Assembly: GCA_033442325.1 (NCBI GenBank)
Contig: JAWQFM010000030.1
Location: 228,750-292,749 of the forward strand
Length of the DNA: 64,000 nucleotides
Direction: 5' to 3'
Origin: Salpingoeca rosetta
Taxonomy: Eukaryota; Protista; Choanoflagellata
Shown: positions 28,895 through 42,613 of the stretch, one piece after another
Numbering within the stretch: position 1 is the stretch's first letter
Layout: every line of letters begins with the position of its first letter
Program-made: the position numbers and the translations under genes
The notes under the pieces: generated by a model
Seen by the model: only the letters and a program-made list of their open reading frames with translations
The model's database searches: none
Told to the model about the DNA's origin: nothing

Positions 28895-29808
28895 ATGAGT
28901 GAAACCAGCGATCAAGGTACAGGTGCCGCTTGTGTGCTCTTGTTTGCATCAAGCTTCCATTATGCCTCTTCTGTGAGACAAATGACTGTTGCCGCTTCTC
29001 GTCATCTTCTTCATACAACCGCCTGCTTCTCGACTTGGTTGTAGTGAGGGCAGTTATAGCTGACTGGGATGGTCGACATGACAACACCAAGGGTCGTGAG
29101 GCTAAAGCACATCATGCGCATCAAACATTTCGATATGCAGCACCACTCTCAACCCTTTCCGGTGGTCGCGGGGTGGTGACGCTGGCAACTACTCGCGTTC
29201 CTCCCACGCCACTGCCGTCTCTTCTTGTTGACGGCAATGACGGGTTTGAATTTACGTCGTACCTCCAAGCTGTTCACATTCGCTCGGCCACACTCCAGCC
29301 TTCCCGTCATGCCGACGCGCTTGCACGAACGATCCGCCCCGAGAAGATGGCTGCATTTCGAAGAATCATAAAACAATATGTTGCCTCGAGTGGAGACACA
29401 GCCGCCCCAGCGTGGCGGATTGTGAGAGATGACGAGCGCCGCCTTGCGAGTGTCACACCAAACAGGTTTCTCGTTGTCTCCAATAGGAAGCTTCTCAAAG
29501 ACCATGGCTTTGTGTATGCCCTCCCCCTGGACCACCGCGGCAGGCACAGGACTGACGCCTTCTACACACTGGATCATCGCGAACGCCGTGAGGATCTCTG
29601 CATCGATTTGCTCTTGATTCACGCTACAGCAGCATTTCATATTATCCGCCCTGTAACCTGGATACGTTCATATTCATCTCATTTCCGTCACACATCGCGG
29701 TACAACTGTCTCACAGAGCTCAACGGTATCCAAGGCAACCCAGAAAAACAAAGCATTCGCCGCGACGCCCACGCTCAAGTCAAGCGCATGCTTGGCCTGA
29801 AGTCTTGA
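28895..29808 (+). CDS. 261-aa protein with two tandem PemK/MazF-like domains (putative endoribonuclease)
   Basis: Exon 1 28895-28916 (ATG...CAAG|gtac) and exon 2 29045-29808 (gtag|TG) total 786 nt in frame, with no microsatellite. Domain 1 carries DNTKGRE...RYAAPLS, LATTR, HIRSA and ARTIRPEKMAAFRRII, matching the MazF layout. The CDS is fairly secure; the family call is by eye. Confidence 0.62.
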
Positions 29809-30265
29809 AGTGAACTTCGTCGCACCCTTCCCATCCTTGCGTTCCCCTGCACCCCTGTGCCTTTTGTGTTTGTTGCCCAATCTGATGATGTCTTTCACCG
29901 AATCTGCCCGAAATGGTGTTTGTTCTTTTCTGGACATGTCATTCACCCCTCCTCACTTGTTGGTTGCACTGTGGAACCATCCGTCCAATGTACTTGAGAT
30001 GTGTCATTTGTTTGTACTTGTGCTCTGTTTCAGCTCGTGCACTCGTGTCATGCTCCTGTATCAGTCGTACCTGTGTTCCCGTCTTGCCTCAATTGCTTGA
30101 CTATCAGTCTGTCGACTCTGCCCACCCCTCCCACCTTTGTCTCTTCACGGTCACTGCTACCTCTCCTTCCCGCCCGCCTTCGTGTTCATTCATGTCTTTA
30201 TGTTTAGTCCCTTCCTGCCTCGACCTCGACTCCTAAGCCCGCATGCGCCTGTTTGCTCTCCCCAG

Positions 30266-30296
<31 letters not shown>

Positions 30297-30736
30297 GCAA
30301 TTGACCCTCAATTCATTCACGCTCGCAGTTCATTTCAATCCACCACAACGCCATGTCGCCTTCACTCCAGTCATCGATCGTGATCTTCAATACACTTAGC
30401 CCATTCACACAAAACCAAGCGGCAAAACGCAGGCAGCAAGCAAACAATCATGGCCAAACACCACAGCGCGCGGAAGGTGCAGTCGTAACACAAGGAAGGA
30501 AAAAAAAGGAGAGAGGAAAGAAAACAGCGCAGTCGCATCACCCATCACAGCATCACACCACACTACCACACGAACCATCAATCAATCAACCGACCAACCC
30601 ACAAAACGCAGACAGCAGCAGTGTAGTCCAACACACGCACAAACCAAGAAGAGAAGGTATCTGTCTAATCATTTTCCCACCACCACCACCACCACCACCA
30701 CAACAACAACAACAACAACGTGCCCCCCCCACCCCA

Positions 30737-31287
30737 TCACTTCTTCTGCTTGGCGCGCTTCGTTGCACCACCACTGCCGCCACCGCGTCGCTTGCCGCCA
30801 CCGCCACGGCCACTGCCACCACGACCAGCACCGCCACGGCGCTTGTTGCCGCGTGCACCGCCCTTGCTGTGGCCGCCGCTGCTGCCATCCACGCTGCCCT
30901 CCGATGGCGCGTCTGTGCGGATCACGGTTTCCGTCGCTGCAAGCAGGTCTGTGTCGTCCACGCGCGACGTACCGAGCGAGCTGCCTGGGAGGGTGAGGTT
31001 GCGGGCCTTGCGCGTGCGTGTGCGTCTGCCCGGCGCCCCGTACGGCGATGGCGCCGGCTGGAGATGAAGCTCACCGCCACTCGGGACATCAGACGATGCA
31101 CTGGACTGCTGCTGCTGCTGCTGCTGTTGCTGTTGACTGCGCAGGGCGGACGACGATGATGAGGCCGCAGCAGCGGCCTCGTCCACTGATGCACGGAGAG
31201 GGAACAAACGAGATGATAGGGGAATGTGAAGGGGTGGGGGAAGGAAGAGATGAGCTGTGAGAGCGCTTCTTGCTTGCGTCATGGACA

Positions 31288-31327
<40 letters not shown>

Positions 31328-34300
31328 CACGCACGCACACGCACGCACGCACACACACACACACACACACACGAAGATACTCACGGCTGAAGCGGCGCGG
31401 GGAAAAGGAGGAAAATCCGAGCGGGGAGTAGAGGTAGTTTGTGAAAGGCGATGGCTGGCCAATCAAGAACTGGGGTGACGCGAGCAGGATGGAGGGGTGA
31501 CCCGTGCCATCGCCGCTTGGGGAGCGCAGCTGCTTCTGTGGCGTCACGCTGCCGGTCTGCGCGCTGGTGCCGGCGAGCGGGCTGAACGGAGGATGAAACG
31601 AAGACTGCAGACACACGATTATGTCAGCAAGCGGGGTGTGCGTGTGTGCGTGTGTGTGTGAGAGAGGCGGTGGCGGAGGGATGATGAAAGGAAAAGCACG
31701 TGCATGCATGTCAACACAGGTGCGATCGATGCTTTGACAGAACATAAAATAAAAATAAGTATAGCAGAATTGTAGCTCGTGCTGTGCAGGTCCGAGCATG
31801 TGAAAGCTCATCCCAATTGCAAATGTACTGAATGGCGGGCGTTACTTACCAAATCAGGCGTGGCAAATGCCTCAAACGCGGTGGGTGAGTTGAGGTTGAT
31901 GGCAGGGAGACTTCCAGTCTGTGTTCGTGCGTGTGTACGTGTGCGTGAGTGTGGATGGATATGCAGACGAGCACGAGCAAAACAAAGGCACGACCAGAAG
32001 CGAGCACTGCGCAACACCGCAAACTACACCGCACCACACAACACATTACACAATACACACAATACATTACACACAGACACGCGCCTACCTTGAGCGGCGA
32101 GAACATCTCTGGGAAGAAAGCAGCGGGAAGGCGCGCTTGATCTGCAGCCAAGAGCACACACGTTGTGAGCACTCGAAGCCCGCAGCGCAGTTGCATAGCA
32201 TACCTACACTTTCACCCCCCCCCTCACACACGCACACAAACAACACGTCGCGCACCTTGTGCATTTGATGTCTTCGGCGGAGACTTGGGAGCGTCGTCGC
32301 CTTCTTGTTGCTGCTGCTGTGGTGATGATGATGAGTCATTGGTTACGTTTGGCGTTGGCGGCGCCTGCAACTGGCCGCTGTCCCACGCCTGATAGTAATG
32401 ACGACAGCAACAATGACACATGTGCGCCAGTGGTGATCCGGGGTGAGGAACGGAGGACAAAGACAAGTTGTACGGGAGGGGATGCAGTCGTGAAGAGCGT
32501 GATGACCACGGCTGCCTTCAAGTCACGCACAGACAAACAGACAAAGGAGTGCGTGCACATACACGCACGCACCTGCTGAAGAAATTGCATGCACTGGGCG
32601 TGTGCGTTTGCATCCGGGGGGCGAAGCGGTGACGGCCCGGTCATGTTGAGCGCAGACGCCAGCGACGGTGGCTGGAACCCTGCTGGTGTGGTGGGTCAAC
32701 ACATACGCGTGCGTGCGTGAGTGAGTGAGTGAGTGAGTGAGTGAGTGAGTGAGTGAGTGAGTGAGTGTGTGTGTGAGTGAGTGTGTGAGAGTGAGTGTGT
32801 GTGTGTGTGTGTGTGCGTGAGCGAGTGAGTGAGTGAGTGTGTGTGTGTACAGTTGCGGTTTTGTAACGGCTGCATCTCACCACATCAGACATCAGCAGCG
32901 CATGGCATGTGTGGTATTTACCATGTGGTTGCGGTGGTGGAGGAGGAAGCGTAGATCCTGTCCATCCAACAAGCAAACACAACACACAATAATGTGAACA
33001 TGAGCAATGCGAAGGCGACAAAATACGTCCTCCACCACCACCAAGAAACAAGTTTTGCTTCGCGTCTTTAGTTGACTCACCTGCTGTTTCATCCCTGTCT
33101 CTGCCGTCACCAGCAAAGAACGACTGCTTGCGTGACTGCGCACCATCTTCCTCTCCCACCACCGGCCTGTCCTGCTTGCGGTATTGCTCTCCAATGCGTG
33201 CAAGCATCGAGGATGCCTGTGAGTGCGACATCTGCCAGGGCACATTCGACTGTGCCCGCTCGCCCTGCTGTTGCCCTGCCTCCATTGCTTCACGTCCATG
33301 TGCCGCCGCTGTTTGGCTATCTGATACTGTTGCTGCCGATGCAGATGCGGAAGCAGCAGCCGTTGTCCCAGTCACCGAACCGTGTGTTTGTGTCGGCCCG
33401 TAGGCCTGCCCGGCACCCATGCCTTGCATCTGTGCGAGCAACGAGGCAACAACGGCCAAGTTCTGCGCCTGTTGCGGTGCCGGCTGCGGTGCATTCTGCT
33501 GCTGCAGACACAAAGAACACCCATGGGGATTGCATGCATGCACGAAAGTGGTGCGATGAGCGACACATTCGAAGCGAAGGCTTCGATTGACAACTATTGC
33601 TGTCGTTGGCAGCGCGCGCACACACACACACACACAGGCACACAGGCACACACACACACACGCGCACACACACACAGGCACACGCGCACATGCAGAGCAC
33701 CACTCACCCCTCCTTGCATGTGCTGATAAATGAGGCGGAGGTGGTTGGCAACCTGGAACAAGCGCAGCCCAATACGAAGAGAAGCAACAGCGGTCAGCAA
33801 CAAGCAGAGAACCACCACTCTTTTGCCTGCAGGCAACCACACGTGCACTCGTCCATCTCCTTTGAGCACCACGTCTACAATAAACCAACCAACCAAGCAA
33901 ACAAACAACGCACCGATGGGCTGATGCCGTGCATCAGTGTCGCGTGCGCGCTCGTTGGATCCGCGCTGGTGTGACCGTTTCCGTTTGCAGTCGCTGCCGC
34001 AGCAGCTGGGGAAGTGTTGTTGTTGGTGTTGTTGTTGTTGTTGTTGGTGTTGTTGTTGTTGTTGTTGGTGGTGGCCAGGTGTCCGCTGCCGTTGGTGGAT
34101 GTGGTGGCGGAGAGAGACGATGAGGAGCCAAGGCCTCGATCCGTTGGTGCGGTAGAGGTCGACCTACGATCGCAGCAGCACAGCAGTGGTGGTGGAGGTG
34201 GTGGTTGCCGTGGTGGTTGTGAGTCGACAGCTTCGCAAGAAGATCGCGGGAACGGTGACACACATCATGTGCGGCACGTGCGTTGAAAGACGGTTGACAG

Positions 34301-34378
34301 ATGCATGCAATGCATCAAAAACTCACTGTTGTTGTTTTGTCTCCTCCCTGCAAGTTCACGTCCGATGAAGAGCGCATG

Positions 34379-34410
<32 letters not shown>

Positions 34411-34879
34411 TTCCAGGAAAGGTAAGTTCAAATATCCATGCTTGCAAGCAACCTGAAGGACATGACACCGTGAGCACGCCTGAAGACGTGCGCGCCTGCG
34501 ACATTGCAGACATTCAGTGGACGTACTCTTTGGCAAGTGGGGATACACCGAGCGCGGTGGTGGCGGTTGAAACAGAACTGCGAACGACAGCAGGTGGAGT
34601 TGCGTTCTGCACAGAGAGAGAGGGGGGGGGGGCGACATGGTGGGTGAATGTGTGAGAATGAGAATGAGAGTGTGTGAGAGTAAATGCGTTTGAATAAGAG
34701 TGTGTGAGAGAAACGCACGCACGCACGCACGCACAATAAAGGCACAACGTGAGCGTGGCGTGCGGTTGAGTGTCCAACAACCAAGCGCACATCATCCACA
34801 GCACGCGACACTCAACAACACGAACCGTGGTTGATGTGGCTGCGCTGTTGTGGGTGGGGGTCGTGGTTGTGGCGGACGG

Positions 34880-34917
<38 letters not shown>

Positions 34918-35411
34918 GATGATGTGTGACGGCGGTAGTCTGAGGGGAGAGCAGAGGCAGCCCCATCATCTGCGCCTGTGCACTCGACAGCGGCGTGGAT
35001 TGGTACCCTGCAGGCAACGCCGATTGGGGTGCAATTTGCGTGGGCCAGAGGATGACGAGGGAGGAGGTGGTGGTGGTGGTGGTGAGCATGGACAAATGGT
35101 AACAAGAAGTGGAAAGGTGGAACTTAAAGAAAAGGCCGAGCGTCAACACACAGACACACATGCCTCATTCATTTTTCGATACGCACTCTCGCACGCGTGC
35201 GCACTCCCCCAATTCCCTTTACACACGCACACACGCACGCACGCACGCACACACCTGCGGCGAGGAGTTGCTTTGTCATGTCTGACTGCGGCTGTCCGCT
35301 GCCAGCCGGTGGTGGCATCATGAACAGCTGCATCAGGTTTGGCGGCATCGTACGCGTCCGATCAGGACCAACCTGCATCATGGCAATGTGTGTGTGTGTG
35401 TGCGCGCGCGT

Positions 35412-35481
<70 letters not shown>

Positions 35482-36822
35482 ACACAAGTATGTAAGCACA
35501 CAAGCTGCACATGTACATCAGAAAAAAGTGCAGCATTCACAGTCAAAGTAAAGCCTTTACAAGTCCCGAGATATCTCTTCCTCCTCCACCACCACCACCA
35601 CCACCACCACCACACGCACCATGGCACCCATCGGGTTGCTCGTGTTTGCGCTGGGCCGCTGACTGCGCGGGCGCGATTTCTTGCCTCTGCACGCACATAC
35701 AATCACAATCACACGCACACGCACACACATGTGAGTGCCATCGATTCAACCTGCGGCCAGGCAACACAACACCGACTATCCTCTGCGCCTCCCTCAGTCC
35801 ACTGCCACAACACACAACACCCCCAAGACCCCAGAGAGGCCAACGCACGTGCTGGTGGTGTCCAGGCGCTTCCTGCTGTTTCGCTTCTGTACGCGGTTCA
35901 TTCTTCGCTCCCTCTCCTCGCGCAGATACCTGCACCCACAGTCACACGTGCATGCGTGTGCGTGTGAGTGAGTGTGTCAAAAAACAGAGCACTCGTAGTC
36001 AACGGAAACAAGTACTGCGCCAACAACAACACCAACACAACCGTCACTACTCCAAGTTCCCCTGCCCTTGCGCTTTCATCGCCCGCCTACCTGCGCCCGT
36101 TCTTGGAGAGGTTCCCCGCTTCCAGCGTGTCCTTGAACTCCTTCATCTTGCCGGCGCCAAGGTCGCACACCACTTCTGTCAACGCGTGACATGCACAAGG
36201 AAGACGTGTCAATGGGGCACCGCACCAATCAATCTCACGTTAAGCAACACCAATACCACACGCCCTCCCCTCCCTCGCTGCAACCACCGTGTACACTGCT
36301 GCCATCACACACGCCACGTGCCATGCATGCACCTGGCAAGCGAAAGCCGTTGTAGGCGTCCCATCGTCGCCACAGCTCTTGCATGTATGGCTTCTTCGAA
36401 GGATCAGACTCAAACCCGCAATCCTGCCAGTGGGGAAAGGAATAAGCAATGGGAGGTGAGCTCTGTGTGTGCTGTGCTCGTGTGTGTTTGGTGCTACACG
36501 CTGAGCACCAGCCAACTCTGGTGTATCATGGATTCTTCATGAGCCACATACATACACATCGCCCTTGCACGCTCACATTGAACTCTCCCATGGCACTCGC
36601 TCACATAGAACTCTCCCATGGCACTCGCTCACATAGAACTCTCCCATGGCACTCGCACAACCCCCCCCCCCCAACACAAACACACACACGTACCACGAGG
36701 TATCGGGCGAGGATGGACTTTGGGTATTTGAGCAGGTCGGCCTCGTCGATGGTGTAGGTGACCCTTCGTCTCGGCGTCTTTCGAATCCGCGCGCCGGCGT
36801 CGTTTACAGCCATGCTCATCAT
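30737..36822 (-). CDS. Multi-exon Q/S/T-rich putative transcription factor with an N-terminal CNC/SKN-1-like basic domain
   Basis: Phase-consistent exons 36822-36694, 36423-36333, 36175-36091 and 35929-35849 give ...FRLPEVVCDLGAGKMKEFKDTLEAGNLSKNGRRYLREERERRMNRVQKRNSRKR. Many low-complexity exons follow (not all resolved), ending in basic, NLS-like ...GKRRGG...ATKRAKQKK* at 30737. Confidence 0.65.
36571..36656. repeat. 28-bp unit repeated 3 times (gctcacataGAACTCTCCCATGGCACTC), intronic
   Basis: Three near-identical copies read directly. Confidence 0.9.
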
Positions 36823-37357
36823 GACGGTCGGTTGAATGGTAGCTGGTGTAGCAAGCAAGGAGTGCACGAGCACATCACATCAACGGCAGGGAGAGCGTGT
36901 GTGTGTATGTGCGTGTGTGTCGCAACGTGAGCATCTTGACGACCCTGCAACGGTGGCTGATGGGGAAGCAGCCACATGCACTGTGTGCGCGTGTGTACGT
37001 GTGCCTGTGCCTGTGACCATGTTGCACCCCACCACCTTTCATTAGCACCTTCAACACCACCTTCATCATCATCACCTCGGCCACACACACACACACACAC
37101 ACACATACATACACACACACACACACACACCCCTTTGTTCGTGGAAGGAATACAAAGAAGGGGGGTGGAGCGAGCAACAAGACAACCAGGGCTGGTTGGA
37201 GACAAGGTCGTCAAGACAACTGGCAACGGCACCAACAAGCAGCAGGCAAGAAAGAGCCAAGGCAGACACGCACAGCCCGTTCAACGAACGTGAGGCAATC
37301 ACAGAGAAAAGTGAGCGGGCACGGCCAATGCAAGCGAAGGCAAGCACGTCAACAACC

Positions 37358-37418
<61 letters not shown>

Positions 37419-38515
37419 CACACAACACACACACACACACAACACAACGCGAACAACACACGGGTGCCACGCCGCCAGGCTTATGAACTGGCCACCAAGA
37501 TGAGCGCAGCTCTCCAACCGAAGGCGCAGCAACACACCAACCCATCAATCAAACACATCAACCACGCACGCGCGCCGTGCCAGGATCAGTGTGCAAACAC
37601 CACGCAGCCGACCAGCAAGCAGCGCCAAGGCAGTGTGTCGAACCCTGACAACCTCAACACACACACACACCTTGAGGATGGCAATGGCCAGCAAGACGAC
37701 GGCGGCAACGAGCACAGCACACGGTCAGGGAGGCCAGCACACACGGGCAGCGTGTTCCCCAACAACGGTTCGCTTGTTGAATGAGGGTGTCAGACCAAGC
37801 GAGCGTTGTGGCTATCAGTTGGCTCGCTTCCTCAGCTCTCAGCGTGGATGTGCAAGCAAGCAAGCAAGCCAGCACACAGCTTCTTGTCCTTCTTTCTGGT
37901 GGTCGGACAGACAACAGAAGGAAGCAGCGAGGGAGAGACCAGCAAGTGAACGTTGGACGTTGGCGGGGGGGTGGCTGGGTTGGCTGGGTTTGCCTCATTC
38001 TGGCGGCGTTCTTCACTTGCACTGCAACGGTTCATCCGCCCGTCAAAGCATCCACCAACCGCCACCAACGATTGACCTGGTCAGGTTTCGCTGCTGGGTT
38101 TGGGTGCGTTGTGTGGCTTGTGGTGTGTGGCGGGAGAGGCAGAAGTTCGTTGTGCGGTGTTTTGCTTGCTTGCAAGCACGCAACGCACTCAACCGAATGA
38201 TGTTTGGGATTTTGGTGTGGAATGTAGATTTCGCACGCGGCATGCGGGTGAAATGCGCATCAAAACCTTGTATCCACCATGCGACCATGCAATCATTTTC
38301 AAACGATCAGCGGCACAGGTCGATTCGTTGGAAAAGTCAAATTTGACCTTCACAGCAACGGCCCAAAGACAAAATTGCCCTGGCTTGACAACACAAACTC
38401 CCCAAAACAACAACCCTCATCAAATACAACAACCCCAACCAACTACACAACAACAACACAACAACAAACAGCAACACCTCGCACGAACAAACAAACCATC
38501 AAAGAAGCAAGGAGG

Positions 38516-39020
38516 ATGAGAGCACCCTTGATGGTGGCAGTGCTGCTGCTACCGCTGCTCTGCATGGTGGTCACGACGACAACAGCTGGTCAGTCTCAGC
38601 CTGTGTTGTTGTTGTTGTTTAAGTTGTTGTTGTTTAAGTTGTTGTTGCTGTTGTTGTTCGTTGTCTCCTCCTTCTCCTGCCTCCTCCTCCTCCCTCTCCT
38701 CCTTCTTCTGCCTCCTCCTCCTCCCTCTCCTCCTTCTTCTGCCTCCTCCTCCTTCCTCCTTTCTTGTGTCGTGCGCTTCCTTTCCGTGCTTCCGTGATTG
38801 TGTGTGTGTGTGTGTGTGTGTTTGTCCTCCACATGCACTCGCGTGACGCTCACGTCCGGCCATCACGCAGACACCGCCCCTGACGATGCAACGTGCAAGG
38901 ATGGAGCGAAGCTGTTCCGTGACGACGCCAACGAGATTGTCGGCTGCTACAAGTCCTTTTCCCGCGCACTCACATGGACCCAGGCCAAAGCCCTGTGCGA
39001 GGTGCGCGCTCATGCCTTTT

Positions 39021-39089
<69 letters not shown>

Positions 39090-41574
39090 CACATGGTGCA
39101 AGAACAGTGTGCGTGGGTACTGTTGTTGCGTCCTTCTTCCCGCTGCATCAAGGTCGTTCACGTAAACAACAACAACAACAACAACACAAACACGTTTGTT
39201 ACTGCATTACTGCGTGCTCCAGCAAGCGACAGGGTTTGCCGGTGAACTGGCGCCCGCACGAAGTGAGGCCGAACAAAGCTTCCTGCTCGGCATCGCCCCA
39301 CGTGAGTTTTGGATTGGCGCAAACTCCCTCGAAGCCGACGGCATCTGGCGTTGGGCTGGCCTCAGCATGGTGCGTCGTCGTGTTGGGTCGCGTTGTGTGT
39401 TGCGGTGTGTCGTAGCGGGTGTTTGCGCCCCTTTTGTATTCTTGTCGACACGGCTTGCGGTGATGCACTGCCCAAACACCAACACTCACCAACCAACCAA
39501 CCAACCAACCAACCAACAAACCAACAAACCAACCCACCTCCTGCCGTCCTCCTTTCCTTTGCATCTCAGGCTGTGGCATTCGACGCGGCGTGGGTCAATG
39601 TGGAGAGCAGGGACTGGAACGAGCGGCAGAACCAAGTCATCAGGGTTGTCGAGGACAGGGATACGGGAAACGTCACATGGTACTACGCCACACCGAACCT
39701 CGAAACCTTTCCCGTCGTCTGCCGCAAGCAAGGTGTGTGTGTGTGTGTATGTGTGTGTGTGTGTTGGAGGGAAGGGGTTAAGGGTGGGGGCTGCTGGGCA
39801 GAAGTGCAAGTCGAGATGCTGCACTACATGTGAATGTTGCGGTTACACGCCTCCTCACGCCCAGAGACGCACACACACACACAATCACACAAACACACAC
39901 AATATCACACACGCACACACACAATATCACAAACACACATGCACGCACACACACACACACACAAACACACATGCACGCACGTGCACGCAATCATACTTTT
40001 CCTCCACGCCTTAGCGTGCGGTCCAAACGAAGACATTGTGGGGGGCATCTGCAGCCCGAATGCCCCGACCGTCTCATCATCTTCGGGGCCACGTGCGTGG
40101 ATCGCCGCCGCCGTGCTCATCCCGCTCATTGTCGTGGCAGCTGCCGGCATCGTCATGTACGCATACAAGTACAACCCTGACCTGTACGACCGCATTGTGG
40201 ACGCAGTGTGCTGTCGCACGTGCACGTGCGCGTGGCTGGACGACACTGGCGCAGACCCGCACACCCACGTGGAGGAGCTGATGATTGAGAACGAGAAACT
40301 CCGCTCGCAGCTCGCCAGCGCACGTGCGAGCTCACAGTGGAACGGGAATGGACTGGAGCTTGCAGGCAACGGCAGTCGGCCAGAGAGCCGGACAAGCATG
40401 GGCTCGTTCAAGCCGGCCTCGCTCGGGTTGGCGCCCGGTATGATGATGGCAAACAGCAACGTGCTCAACAACAACAACAACAGCAACAACAACGCCATCG
40501 GCAGTCATGACGACATTGGAGGTGGCAGCCTGATTCACAGCAACGGCGCGGTTATGAGTCCCTTGTCGTCGCCACGCAAAGGCAGTGGCGTTGCCAGCGG
40601 GGCGGCTGTTGTGCCGTTTGAAAAGATTGCGGAAGCGAGCGAGACGAGCCACCAACAGCTCACCGCTGCAGCCAACAGCAGCGACGCAAACGGTTTCAAC
40701 AGCAACACTGACGACAACAACACTGTCGACAACAACAACAGCAACAACAACAACAACAACAGCACCGGCCATGCGTTTGCCACGACGCCTGGTGGAGGTG
40801 TTGGGGGTACTGCCCTGGGACCCAAGCGGTCGTTTGGTGATCGGCTCAAAGACTCACGCCGCGCCCCCAACGCCCGCATCCGCATCCGCCCCCTGAACAC
40901 CGCCAACACCAGCACGAGCACTACTGGTGGCGGAGGCGGTGCTGTCGATGGCACGAAGAACAACGCTGGCAGCACTTCAGGAAACAACAGCAGTGACAAC
41001 GACAGCAGCAACGGCACCACCAACGCGAGTCGCGGTGTGCGTGTGCCGGTGGTTCGTGGTGGGCTGCCCCCACGTCGCGTGCCCAGCGTTGCCGGTGCCG
41101 TTGGCCGAATTGCGCTTCCAAACCGCTTGCCAAACAACCGCACTGGGAACAGTAGCGGCGGTAGCGGTGGAGGGGGCGTGGTGTTGCCTGCAAGGACGGT
41201 CCCGAGCAGAACGCGGGTCACAGCGCCGCTGCCCGTGGTGACAGCAAACAGGGGAGAGGTTGTGAGCCGGAGTGGTGCTCATGCTACAGTGGACGAAGAG
41301 AAGAAGGAGAAGGTGGAGGATGAGGGGAAGGAGGAGGAAGGAAAGGGGGACAACGACAGGAAGCAGATGGCAGATGAGGACGGTCAGGGCAGCAGGGTGG
41401 CTGTCCAATCACAGCCAACATCATCACGCAAGGCGGGCAGCAATAGTGGCGATGAGAGTGGTGACGAAGGTGACAAGAAGAGCGTGGAACAGGAGCAACA
41501 AGAGGAGGAGAAGGAGGAGGAGGATGTCGGTGGCGCTGACGATGAAGAGAACGGCAGTCGTGGTGGTGATGGTG

Positions 41575-41606
<32 letters not shown>

Positions 41607-42159
41607 GGTGGTGGTGATGGGGTGGAGGAGATTCATCTTGATCAACCACAGCGACGTCGATCGTCAACCGGCATCCGCGCCAAATTGCCAAACCTGTGGG
41701 TACACACGTGCACTGCAGCAACAGCACCATGGTGTGGTGGTGGTGGTGTCGGTGGAATGGACGGGAGGGGTAGGGGAGACGAAGCAGCATGCTTGGTGGT
41801 GGTGAGTGGTATGTCGCTTTGTCAACGCCTGTAGTGTATCTGTACTCACTTCACTCATACACACACACGCGCACACTCACTCAATCACACTCACTCACTC
41901 ACTCACACACACGCGCACACTCACTCAATCACTCACTCACACACGCGCACACTCACTCAATCACTCACTCACACACACACACGCACACACACACACACGC
42001 ACACACACACACACATACATACTCTCCACCCACCATGACACACCACGATCACCCTGTGTGTTCAGGCGGAAGCTGTCTGCTGTTGTCACTCCGGCGCCAA
42101 CCAGCGATGTATCGTCCGTCACCCCAATACAGACATCGTACGGTGGCCATTGGCTATGA
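38516..42159 (+). CDS. Type I membrane protein with a C-type lectin-like domain and a long disordered cytoplasmic tail
   Basis: Signal peptide MRAPLMVAVLLLPLLCMVV. CTLD: TC...GCYKSFSRALTWTQAKALC...GELA...SEAEQSFL...FWIG...GIWRW...FPVVCRK. TM AWIAAAVLIPLIVVAAAGIVMYAY (~40093-40165). Last exon 42066-42159 ends ...YGGHWL*. Confidence 0.85.
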
Positions 42160-42613
42160 ATGAATGGATGGATGGATGGATGGATGGATGGTTGTGACGC
42201 TGTGTGTTCGGTGGTGAAGTGAGTGAAGTGCTTGGATTTGGTGCTGTTACTTGACCTTGCTGTGTTGTTTGTTGCCTTCTCTGCGTCCCAGCACTCACGT
42301 CACTGTGCATGTTCGTATGCTCTTTCCCCTTCCACACACAACGTGACACTCTCGCGCGGCAGAAACGAGCTTGACACCACTTCCTCGGACGCGTAACGCA
42401 ACAAGACATCGCAACAACAATGCATGCTGGGAGGGGATTAGGGGGCCACGCGATGTGGACGGAGGGCACAAGCAATTCGCACTGCAACTGTGTGTTGTGT
42501 CAGTACTGTAACTTGATATGTGTGTGTGTGTGTGGGGGGGGGGGAGGTTGTATTCTCTTCGTGACAGCACGTGGCACAATGGAATGTGCCACTGCCATTC
42601 GACATGTCACGTG

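Noticed and set aside
36571-36656. 28-bp repeats as a CRISPR-like array
   Set aside because: Head-to-tail tandem copies with no spacers, inside a eukaryotic intron, with no cas genes.
36694-36780. BTB/KCTD domain suggested by LLKYPKSILAR
   Set aside because: The downstream exons lack the remaining BTB motifs (FIDRD, F..IL.YLR); the CNC-like alignment explains the region better.
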